Source: Candidatus Latescibacterota bacterium (GTDB taxonomy: Bacteria; Latescibacterota; UBA2968; UBA8231). From it: a stretch of 64,000 nt of DNA. This document shows, piece after piece, positions 49,578-57,807 of the stretch (the first letter of the stretch is position 1; each line of letters opens with the position of its first letter). The translations under genes and the position numbers were made by a program. The stretch lies in NCBI GenBank assembly GCA_965221775.1, contig CBDCSU010000006.1, forward strand, positions 2,016,001-2,080,000, in the 5' to 3' direction. The notes under the pieces were generated by a model. That model did not search any database. It worked only from the letters and a program-made list of their open reading frames with translations, and was not told the DNA's origin.

Positions 49578-49787
49578 ATGGGATACACGGCAATCGTGAA
49601 ACGCAGGGGCGGATGGTGGATCGGCTGGATCCAGGAAGTACCCGGCGTCACCTGCCAGGAACGCACCCGCGAAGAGCTCGTGGACACGCTCGCCGTCACG
49701 CTCGGGGAGATGTTGGAGATCAGACGCGAGGCGGCCCGATCGGCGGCCGGCGACGGCTATGAGACGGCAAAGATCTCCGTTGCATGA
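49578..49787 (+). CDS. hicB: HicB-family antitoxin
   Basis: YTAIVK...WWIGWIQEVPGVTCQERTREEL; RBS GAGAGG. Confidence 0.85.
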   Translation: MGYTAIVKRRGGWWIGWIQEVPGVTCQERTREELVDTLAVTLGEMLEIRREAARSAAGDGYETAKISVA

Positions 49788-49846
49788 AGCGCAGGACGCT
49801 TCTCAGGCACTGGCGGCGGCACGGCTGCACGGACCGGATGATCTGA
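49784..49846 (+). pseudogene. hicA: Truncated HicA toxin remnant
   Basis: ATG overlaps the hicB stop (ATGA); MKRRTLLRHWRRHGC resembles the HicA N-terminus (MKRxxLxRHLxxxGC) but stops after 20 aa. Confidence 0.7.
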
Positions 49847-49872
49847 CGACCGGCACGGAAAGAAGAAGGTCG

Positions 49873-50163
49873 ATGAACAGAGATGAAGTCCTGAAGTTGC
49901 TCCGAACCCACAAGGCGACACTTTCCCAACGCTTTGGCGTCACTGGACTCGCCCTGTTCGGTTCCTTCGCCCGCGACGGAGCTACGGAGAACAGCGACGT
50001 TGACATCATGGTTCGCTTTGACAAGCCGGCCACTTCAGACGCCTACTTCGGCACCCAGTTCTACTTGGAGGACCTGCTGGGCCATTCAGTCGATCTGGTG
50101 ACCGACAAAGCCCTGCGAGCGGAGATACGGCCGTACGTGGAGCGGGAGCTCGTCAATGTGTGA
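49873..50163 (+). CDS. Minimal nucleotidyltransferase (MNT antitoxin)
   Basis: LFGSFARD...SDVDIMV; VDLV. Confidence 0.9.
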   Translation: MNRDEVLKLLRTHKATLSQRFGVTGLALFGSFARDGATENSDVDIMVRFDKPATSDAYFGTQFYLEDLLGHSVDLVTDKALRAEIRPYVERELVNV

Positions 50164-50527
50164 CGATGACCAACAGGCGCGTAAGTGGCAACTCTACATA
50201 CAGGATATGATCGCATTCAGCGAGAGAGCCCTGTCCTATACAAGTGGGATGGACCAGGATACGTTCATCGCCGAAGTGCTCGTCTACGATGGAACCTTGC
50301 GCAATCTGGAGCTGATCGGGGAGGCGGCGACCCACATCCCGGGTGAGGTGCGCGAGGCTCATCCTGAAGTTCAGTGGCGGCGCATCATCGCAACGCGGAA
50401 TCGCTTGGCTCACAGTTACCTGGGTATGGACGACGACGTTATCTGGGACATCATCCGGACCGACGTCCCGAGACTGCTGACGGCACTGCGAGAGCTGCTG
50501 GAAGCGACCAACGAGGACTCCTCATAG
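50156..50527 (+). CDS. HEPN (DUF86) ribonuclease toxin
   Basis: RNLELIGEAA; RNRLAHSY (Rx4H); overlaps the MNT gene. Confidence 0.9.
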   Translation: MCDDDQQARKWQLYIQDMIAFSERALSYTSGMDQDTFIAEVLVYDGTLRNLELIGEAATHIPGEVREAHPEVQWRRIIATRNRLAHSYLGMDDDVIWDIIRTDVPRLLTALRELLEATNEDSS

Positions 50528-53461
50528 ATGGCGAAGAGAAAGGCACCCAAGACCGTCGAAACCCTCCGGCACCAGGACGCATCCCGGAAGAACATCCCTA
50601 CGGCTGAGTACCAGGCGGTGATGGCGGAGGACGACCGCAACCCGATCAGGGTCGCGTACGAGCGGCGCAACCCGGACCTTGACCCCCAGCTTGTCTGGCG
50701 GGGCAAGGATGAGCAGAACTGGTCGGACCTAGTGGTGCAGGCCCCGCCCCTGTTCATCCAGGAGAAGGTGCATCCGAAGGTGCTGATTGACGACCTGCGG
50801 CAGCGGACCAGGGAGACGGAAGACCAGCCTGACCTGTTCGCGGACTTCAACGGGCTGCCGAGCGGGGACGCGCAGACGGAGTTCTACCAGCACGACGCCA
50901 ACTGGTCGAACCGGATGATCCTCGGGGACAGCCTGCAGGTGATGGCGTCGCTGGCGGAGCGGGAGGGGCTGCGCGGCAAGGTGCAGTGCATCTACATCGA
51001 CCCGCCCTACGGCATCAAGTTCAACTCCAACTTCCAGTGGTCAACGACCAGCCCCAGGGTAAGAGATGGCAAGGCCGACCACATCACGCGTGAGCCAGAG
51101 CAGGTAAAGGCGTTCCGGGACACCTGGCGGGACGGGATACACTCGTATCTCACGTACCTACGGGATCGGCTGACGGTTGCGAGGGATCTGTTGAATGAGA
51201 GCGGATCGGTATTCGTACAGATTGGGGACGAGAATGTGCATCGGGTGCGAGCCCTGCTAGACGAGGTGTTTGGTGGGGGAAATTTCATGAGTCTGATTTC
51301 CTTCAGGACGTCCATAGGCCTAGGATCTCAGCACTTGGACAATACCAGCAATTACCTGCTGTGGTACTGCAAGAATCAGGAGAAGGCAAAGTTTCGCTCC
51401 CTATTCCAACTCTTGGAACCATGGGAAGAAGGGGCGACACGCTACAAGATGCTTCGGATGCCCGACTTGAGGGAGCGCCGAGTAACAAGGGAAGAGTTGC
51501 ATAGAGAGACGCCATTGCCGCAAGGCTCTCGGCTGTTCAGGGATCAAGGCTTTACGTCTCGAACAGGTTCTGATACGACCTTGTTTCCCGTAACCTTTCG
51601 AGGGAGGGCCTATCGTCCATCCTCCGGTGGCTGGCGCACATCGGAAGGCGGCATGCTGCGAGCAATGAGAGCCGATCGCGCAATTGAGACTGGGCAGAAC
51701 ATCAGTTTCCGGAAGTACTTCGATGATTTCCGAGCACTCGGTTTAGACAATATGTGGATGGACGTTTCTGGTGGAATCACAAGCCGAGCAGATCCCAAGG
51801 TGTACGTGGTTCAGACATCGAAGAAGGTTGTTGAACGCTGCATCCTGATGGCCACCGATCCCGGCGACCTCGTCCTCGACCCCACCTGTGGCGCCGGCAC
51901 CACCGCGTACGTCGCCGAGGAGTGGGGTCGTCGCTGGATCACCATCGACACCTCCCGCGTCGCCCTCGCGCTCGCCCGCGCCCGCACTATGGGCGCCCGC
52001 TATCCCTACTACCTGCTCGCCGACAGCGGCGACGGCCAGATCAAGGAGGCCGAAGTTTCCCGGAAGGCCCCCTCGGAAGCGCCTACGTACAACGACATCC
52101 GCCAGGGCTTCGTGTACGAGCGCGTGCCCCACATCACCCTCAAGTCCATCGCCAATAACGCCGAGATCGACGTGATCTGGGACAGTTTCCAGGAGAGGCT
52201 GGAGCCGCTGAGGGAAGAACTGAACGCCGCACTCAAGCGGGATTGGGAGGCGTGGGAGATCCCCCGGGAGGCGGGGGACCCGTGGCCGGAGTCGCCCACC
52301 AAGGCGTGGGCAAGGTTCCAGGCCGCGTCCACGGACGGGGAGAAGTCGACGGCGCTGCGCGAGTTGAACAAGGCCCTGGGTCGGGAGTACGGACTCGAGG
52401 ACGTTCCCGCCGAGCCGCGCGACCCCTGGCCCCTTGGGGCGTCTGACCTTCACAGCCTCTGGTGGGAAGAGCGCATCGCCCGCCAGAAGGAGATCGACGC
52501 CTCCATCGCCGCAAAGGCGGATTACGAATACCTCTTCGACAAGCCCTACGAGGACAACAAGAAGGTCCGCGTCGCCGGCCCTTTCACCGTGGAGAGTCTG
52601 TCGCCGCACCGCCTCCTCGGCGTCGACGAGGACGACGAACTGATCGACAACGTCGCCGAAGCCAGCCTCGGGTACGGGGCAAAGCAGGACTTCGCCGGGA
52701 TGATCCTCGACAACCTCAAGACCTCCGGCGTGCAGCAGGCCCACCGGGAAGACCGTATCTCCTTCTCAGGGATCAGGCCCTGGCCCGGGGAGCTCGTCTG
52801 CGCCGAGGGAACCTACGTCGAAGGCACCGGCGACTCCGGCCCCCAGAGACGCGCCGGCATCTTCATCGGCCCGGAGTTCGGCACCGTCTCCCGCCCCGAT
52901 CTCGTGTCGGCGGTGCGCGAGGCCGCCGACGCCGACTTCGACGTGCTGGTCGCCTGCGCCTTCAACTACGACTCCCATGCCTCCGAGTTCAGCAAGCTCG
53001 GCCGTGTCCCGGTCCTCAAGGCGCGCATGAACGCCGACCTCCATATGGCCGACGACCTCAAGAACACGGGCAAGGGCAACCTCTTCGTCATCTTCGGCGA
53101 GCCGGACATCGACCTCCTCGACGCCGAGGATGGCCAGATCCAGGTCAAGGTCAACGGCGTCGACGTGTTCCACCCCAACACTGGTGAGATCCGCAGCGAC
53201 AGCGCCGACGGTATCGCCTGCTGGTTCGTCGACAGCGACTATGACGAGGAGAGCTTCTTCGTCCGCCAGGCCTACTTCCTCGGCGCCAACGATCCCTACA
53301 AGGCGCTGCGGACGACCCTGAAGGCCGAGATCAACCAAGAGGCCTGGGAAACTCTGCACAGCGACACCTCGCGGCCCTTCCCGAAGCCGGCGTCGGGCCG
53401 CATCGCCGTGAAGGTGATCAACCACCTCGGGGACGAGGTGATGAAGGTGTTCCGGGTGTGA
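50528..53461 (+). CDS. mod: Type III R-M Mod subunit (N6-adenine DNA methyltransferase)
   Basis: IYIDPPYG (motif IV) precedes VLDPTCGAGTT (motif I), beta class; C-terminal IAVKVINHLG. Confidence 0.92.
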   Translation: MAKRKAPKTVETLRHQDASRKNIPTAEYQAVMAEDDRNPIRVAYERRNPDLDPQLVWRGKDEQNWSDLVVQAPPLFIQEKVHPKVLIDDLRQRTRETEDQPDLFADFNGLPSGDAQTEFYQHDANWSNRMILGDSLQVMASLAEREGLRGKVQCIYIDPPYGIKFNSNFQWSTTSPRVRDGKADHITREPEQVKAFRDTWRDGIHSYLTYLRDRLTVARDLLNESGSVFVQIGDENVHRVRALLDEVFGGGNFMSLISFRTSIGLGSQHLDNTSNYLLWYCKNQEKAKFRSLFQLLEPWEEGATRYKMLRMPDLRERRVTREELHRETPLPQGSRLFRDQGFTSRTGSDTTLFPVTFRGRAYRPSSGGWRTSEGGMLRAMRADRAIETGQNISFRKYFDDFRALGLDNMWMDVSGGITSRADPKVYVVQTSKKVVERCILMATDPGDLVLDPTCGAGTTAYVAEEWGRRWITIDTSRVALALARARTMGARYPYYLLADSGDGQIKEAEVSRKAPSEAPTYNDIRQGFVYERVPHITLKSIANNAEIDVIWDSFQERLEPLREELNAALKRDWEAWEIPREAGDPWPESPTKAWARFQAASTDGEKSTALRELNKALGREYGLEDVPAEPRDPWPLGASDLHSLWWEERIARQKEIDASIAAKADYEYLFDKPYEDNKKVRVAGPFTVESLSPHRLLGVDEDDELIDNVAEASLGYGAKQDFAGMILDNLKTSGVQQAHREDRISFSGIRPWPGELVCAEGTYVEGTGDSGPQRRAGIFIGPEFGTVSRPDLVSAVREAADADFDVLVACAFNYDSHASEFSKLGRVPVLKARMNADLHMADDLKNTGKGNLFVIFGEPDIDLLDAEDGQIQVKVNGVDVFHPNTGEIRSDSADGIACWFVDSDYDEESFFVRQAYFLGANDPYKALRTTLKAEINQEAWETLHSDTSRPFPKPASGRIAVKVINHLGDEVMKVFRV

Positions 53462-53516
53462 AGGGACGGAACTGATACAGTGCCAGAAGAGCGGTCGAGA
53501 CCAGGAGACCTATTGG

Positions 53517-55040
53517 ATGAGTGAACTTGGGCATCCCAAAATTACGCTTTCTCCCGAGGTACGGATTTCGGCAACCAATTTCGGGCCAATCGACAGTTGC
53601 ACTGTGGATCTGAGGCCGCTGACTGTGTTCGTCGGTCCGAGCAACACTGGGAAGACCTATTTTGCCACCCTGGTCTACGCGTTGCACCGGGTGCTCGAAG
53701 GATTCCCACGGCTTCCGCACCACCAGCATGGCTTAGCGTACAATTACTGGCAGGTAGAGCCGGCAGCGCGGGCTGACGTGGGAGTGGAGGAACTCAAGGA
53801 TGTTCTTGACAAGCTTAAGATTGACGGTCCGTTCGCATTCTCGGACCTGCCCGAAGGTGTGCGCAGCGTGGCGCATGCCTGGCTCAATGATCCGAAGTTC
53901 ATTGGTGAGGAGGTAAGGACCGAACTCGAACGCTGTTTCGACCTGGAATCGGTGGCCGATCTGATCCGATTGTTCGAGAGTGGGACGAAGGTTTCACTGG
54001 CCGTGGGAGAAGAAGGTCGCCCCCTGTGGCGATTCCAGATGGAGATTTCGGAAGTGGACATCACCATGAGTGGGGGAATAGATGACATGGTTCTCTTGCC
54101 CGAAGGATGGTCCGCTTCGGAGTCAGGGGGTCAAGAGTCCTTTCTTTCCAGGAAACTGATCACAGAGATCCAGAGACTTGATTCCTCACCAGACCGCCCA
54201 CATCAGTTTGGGGATTTCTTTGACCTCTTGTACAGAGTGGCTTCTGGTGGAGCCTTCTCCTCGCACTACTTGCCCGCCGCCCGCAGTGGTATTATGCAAA
54301 GTCACCGCGTCATCGCCCGCTCTCTAGTGGCCCGCTCCACTCGGGGTGGGTTGGAGAGTTTTCCAGAGATTCCCACCTTTTCGGGGGTTATGGCCGACTT
54401 CTTGGAGTGGCTTATTCTGTACCAAGAACGCGAATCTACCAATAGAGACATGAGTGAGCTTGCTGATGCTCTGGAACGGGAGGCGCTTGCGGGACGGATA
54501 GAGGCCAAGGTCTCTCCAGCAGGAGGGTATCCCGAGTTTGTTTACCTTCTGGGAGAGAGTCAGCAGGAAGTCCGCCTGTCCCGCACATCCTCTATGGTAT
54601 CCGAACTCGCTCCAGTCGTCCTGTTCCTGCGCGGAGCCGTCCGGCGGGGAGATTTGCTCATTATTGAAGAGCCGGAGGCTCACCTTCATCCCGCTGCCCA
54701 GGCCCGGATGGCGGTAACCTTGGCCCGAGTGGTCCGCGCCGGGGTTCGCGTGCTGGTCACGACGCACAGCGACTGGTTGCTCAAGGAGATCGGGAACCTG
54801 ATACGAGAGGGGGAGTTGGGAACAGAGGCTAGTGAATCCCTCCCTAGCGCGCTCCGGCGCAGTGAGGTGGGAATCTGGTTATTTCGGGAGGAGGATACCT
54901 CGCGGGGATCGACGGTGGCGGAAGTCTGCTTCAACCCCAGCGAGGGGGTGGACCCGCCGGACTATGAAGACGTTGCTGAAGAGCTATACAACCGTTCGGC
55001 GAACCTTCAAAACCGGCTCGAAGACAGGGAACATGAGTGA
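53517..55040 (+). CDS. ABC-type ATPase (AAA_15/AAA_21-like), defence-associated
   Basis: NFGPI, GPSNTGKT, LPAARSG, SSMVSEL, IIEEPEAHLHP, VTTHS; no TM segments. Confidence 0.88.
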   Translation: MSELGHPKITLSPEVRISATNFGPIDSCTVDLRPLTVFVGPSNTGKTYFATLVYALHRVLEGFPRLPHHQHGLAYNYWQVEPAARADVGVEELKDVLDKLKIDGPFAFSDLPEGVRSVAHAWLNDPKFIGEEVRTELERCFDLESVADLIRLFESGTKVSLAVGEEGRPLWRFQMEISEVDITMSGGIDDMVLLPEGWSASESGGQESFLSRKLITEIQRLDSSPDRPHQFGDFFDLLYRVASGGAFSSHYLPAARSGIMQSHRVIARSLVARSTRGGLESFPEIPTFSGVMADFLEWLILYQERESTNRDMSELADALEREALAGRIEAKVSPAGGYPEFVYLLGESQQEVRLSRTSSMVSELAPVVLFLRGAVRRGDLLIIEEPEAHLHPAAQARMAVTLARVVRAGVRVLVTTHSDWLLKEIGNLIREGELGTEASESLPSALRRSEVGIWLFREEDTSRGSTVAEVCFNPSEGVDPPDYEDVAEELYNRSANLQNRLEDREHE

Positions 55041-55521
55041 GGTTCTCGAGCGAGTCCGGGCAGGAGTTGGTGATCAGAATCTCAGGGATTCGTGCAGACG
55101 AAACGGATGCAAGGTATCAATGCAGGACGTTCCGGCCCCCCGGATCCTGGTGGACGCGGACCTTGCTTTCCCATATCACCAGATGGAAGGTCAGCGATGT
55201 GATTTTGTTCTTTTTGTAGTGTCCGGCAAGGGCTCTCTCTTCGTAGTTCCGATGGAACTAAAGGGAGGAGGTGTCGACGCATCTGAGGTTTCCGCGCAAT
55301 TGCAGCGAGGCGTCGAATTCGCCGATCGCTTTGCGCCGCAGGGGTTCCAAGCGGTTTGTCACCCGGTGCTGTTCCATGGTGGGAGCATTCACCCGAAGCA
55401 ACGGAAGACGCTCAACCGAGCAAAGGTTAGCTTCCGCGGTCGCCGACTGACCATTAGCACCGCACGCTGCAATCGCCCCGGGAATCTGGCGCTGGCGCTG
55501 GATGGCGCCCTGAAGAGTTGA
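55033..55521 (+). CDS. Small hypothetical protein with PD-(D/E)xK-like motif
   Basis: ATG overlaps the ATPase end; RCDFVLF...MELKGG...AQL. Confidence 0.65.
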   Translation: MSEVLERVRAGVGDQNLRDSCRRNGCKVSMQDVPAPRILVDADLAFPYHQMEGQRCDFVLFVVSGKGSLFVVPMELKGGGVDASEVSAQLQRGVEFADRFAPQGFQAVCHPVLFHGGSIHPKQRKTLNRAKVSFRGRRLTISTARCNRPGNLALALDGALKS

Positions 55522-55746
55522 TGGAGGAGATCGACAGTGAGAGATGACCCTATTGTGGGCGAAATTCGGGTAAGTGCGATACTAACCTTTTCGCTGAGTG
55601 TGTGCTGCGACATCACTGAGATCTTCCGAAGGCCGGGTACAACAGGCCAGGTCCTTTCTGAACTCCGTCCGCTATCCTGCCCCTCGGATGAATCCGCGCG
55701 GGAAGACGCGATAGAGCCCATGGACAGGTAGAAGGATACTGCAATT

Positions 55747-55998
55747 CGCCGAGGGCTGAAGGCATAGGAAGACCTGCTGCGCTGGGCCTTCCTCTGGTTC
55801 AGGAAGCGCATTGAAGACCGCGCGGGGCGATGACGGCGAGGCGGTTGGCGCGTTTCGTCGACGGGGGCGGTGGACAGGCTGTTCTTCACGACCATCACCG
55901 TCACCGGCGAACGGAACGCCTTCGAGGTTTTCGAGACGCTCAACGTGCGTGATGTGCGCCTGTCGGCCAGTGATCTGCTGAAGAACGACCTGTTCTCC
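55747..55998 (+). pseudogene. Decayed DUF262 (GmrSD-like) gene fragment
   Basis: RGLKA*EDLLRWAFLWF, frameshifted ARFVD, then RLFFTTITV...AFEVFETLNVRDVRLSASDLLKNDLF (FETLNxRG...DLLKN signature). Confidence 0.75.
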
Positions 55999-56127
55999 AT
56001 CCCCTCCCGGGGCGGTGACTCCAGCCGGCCCGCCGGGCCACCCCACTTTTTCCTTGATCCCCCCGCCCCTCCCGCCGTTTATTGCCCCGCAACCCCCCGT
56101 TCCGCCCCAAGCCCCACGGAGGAGAGC

Positions 56128-57495
56128 ATGACCACCGAGCTTGGTTCCCTCAGCGTCATATTCACCGAGTTCTACTACTGGATCACGGTGGTGCTCATGT
56201 TCTTCATCCACGTGGGGTTCTGCATGTACGAGGTGGGGGTTTCCCGCCACAAGAACCACATGCACACCCTGATGAAGAACACGATGCTGATCCCCCTGGT
56301 GACGATCACGTTCTTCTTCTTCGGGTGGTGGATCTACTTCGCTCTGCCCAACGGGCCGGGCATCACCGGCGGGCTGGTGGAGGCGCCCCACGCGACGGCC
56401 TGGAGCCAGCTCATGGGGCCGCACATGGGCGGCGTCGGCGACCCGGACGGCTGGGCCCGGATCAACGGCGTGTTCTGGGCGGCCTTCCTCCTGTTCTCGT
56501 GGACGGCGGCCTCCATCGTCTCCGGGTCGGTGATCGAGCGCATCCGCTCCTCGGCCTTCTGGATCCTGGCGATCCTGATCGGGTCCGTGTTCTGGGTCAT
56601 CGACGCGGCCTGGGGCTGGCACGCCGAAGGCTGGATGGTGCGGATCCTCGGCTACCACGACGCCTACGCCTCGGGCGTGATCCACGCCATCGCCGGCGGC
56701 TTCGCCCTCGGGGTGCTGGTGGTCCTCGGACCGCGCATCGGCAAGTTCGCCCCCGACGGCACCCCGCGGAGCCTGAACCCCCGCAACCCCTGGCTCGTCA
56801 CCATCGGCTTGTTCCTGATCTACACCGGCTTCTGGGGGTTCTACGTGGCCTGCAACGTGCCCATGTGGGACGTGCAGAGCGGCGACGGCACGTTCTTCTC
56901 CGCCACCAACATCTACCTGGCGCCCACGACCCTGTCGGCGATCACCGTGAACTTCCTCATGGCCCTGTCGGGCGGGCTCCTCGCCGGGTACGTCATCTCA
57001 AAGGGCGACGCCTACTGGACCTATTCGGCGGGCCTGGCGGGGATCATCGCCGCCTCGGCCGGCAACGACCTCTACCACCCGGTGCAGGCGATGATCATCG
57101 CCGCCCTGGGCGTGGTCTTCATGTACAAGGTCCACTACTTCGTGGAGCGCCGCTTCCGGATCGACGACGCGGTGGGCGCCGTGGCCGTCCACGGGTACGC
57201 CGGCTTCTTCGGCGTCGTGATCTGCGGCTTCGTGCTCTGGGGCTACCCCTCCTCGCCGGATGGCAGCTTCGCCAGCATCAACCCCCTGGGGCAGATCGTC
57301 GGCGCAGTGATCATGTTCGGGGTGCTCGGCTTCATCCCCGGCTGGATCGCCGCCAGGATCCTCAGCGCCGCGGGGATCCTGCGCATCCCGCGCCAGATCG
57401 AGCTGGCCGGTCTCGACTACGCCACCGCTCACGACCGGGCCCAGGAGGAGCAGGGCATCATCGACGCCGAGCGCGCGGAACTCGGCAAGGACTGA
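56128..57495 (+). CDS. amt: Amt-family ammonium transporter
   Basis: RBS GGAGGAG; IVSGSVIERI, HDAYASGVIH, GPRIGKF, DDAVGAVAVHG (twin His). Confidence 0.92.
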   Translation: MTTELGSLSVIFTEFYYWITVVLMFFIHVGFCMYEVGVSRHKNHMHTLMKNTMLIPLVTITFFFFGWWIYFALPNGPGITGGLVEAPHATAWSQLMGPHMGGVGDPDGWARINGVFWAAFLLFSWTAASIVSGSVIERIRSSAFWILAILIGSVFWVIDAAWGWHAEGWMVRILGYHDAYASGVIHAIAGGFALGVLVVLGPRIGKFAPDGTPRSLNPRNPWLVTIGLFLIYTGFWGFYVACNVPMWDVQSGDGTFFSATNIYLAPTTLSAITVNFLMALSGGLLAGYVISKGDAYWTYSAGLAGIIAASAGNDLYHPVQAMIIAALGVVFMYKVHYFVERRFRIDDAVGAVAVHGYAGFFGVVICGFVLWGYPSSPDGSFASINPLGQIVGAVIMFGVLGFIPGWIAARILSAAGILRIPRQIELAGLDYATAHDRAQEEQGIIDAERAELGKD

Positions 57496-57523
57496 ACCGC
57501 TTCGGAACTCACAGGAGAGAATC

Positions 57524-57757
57524 ATGGCTACTGGAAACGTCGAGAGCTGGGGCGGCAACATCTCCGAGATCGGCCCCCTCTACCCCTTCGTGGGCCTGGA
57601 AGGCCTGATGGTCGTCGTCGGCGTGGCTCTGTGGATCCTCTGGCACGTGGTGCAGGTGCGCACCGAGAACGCTACCTACGAGGACGAGATCAACCGCTTC
57701 GGCGACGACGAGACGCTGCGCAAGATCCTCGACGCGGAGGATCCCTACGCTCCGTAG
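57524..57757 (+). CDS. Small single-TM membrane protein downstream of amt
   Basis: RBS AGGAG; SW...IGPLYPFVG.E, a TM helix ending WILWHVVQ, acidic tail. Confidence 0.75.
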   Translation: MATGNVESWGGNISEIGPLYPFVGLEGLMVVVGVALWILWHVVQVRTENATYEDEINRFGDDETLRKILDAEDPYAP

Positions 57758-57807
57758 GGGGAGTGGGCAAGCCGCCATGTAGGCGGAAGAGCCCCGGGAC
57801 CCTGGCC

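Noticed and set aside
50528-53461. Phase-variable simple sequence repeat in mod
   Set aside because: No tandem SSR or long homopolymer seen; the longest G run noticed is 5 nt.
55537-55731. 64-aa ORF beginning MRDDPIVGEIR
   Set aside because: The start resembles small DPIVxEIR proteins but the remainder looks non-coding; too weak to call.
55870-57495. DUF262-Amt fusion protein (541 aa ORF)
   Set aside because: A chance in-frame join through a low-complexity C-rich spacer; the DUF262 part is a decayed fragment and amt has its own RBS.
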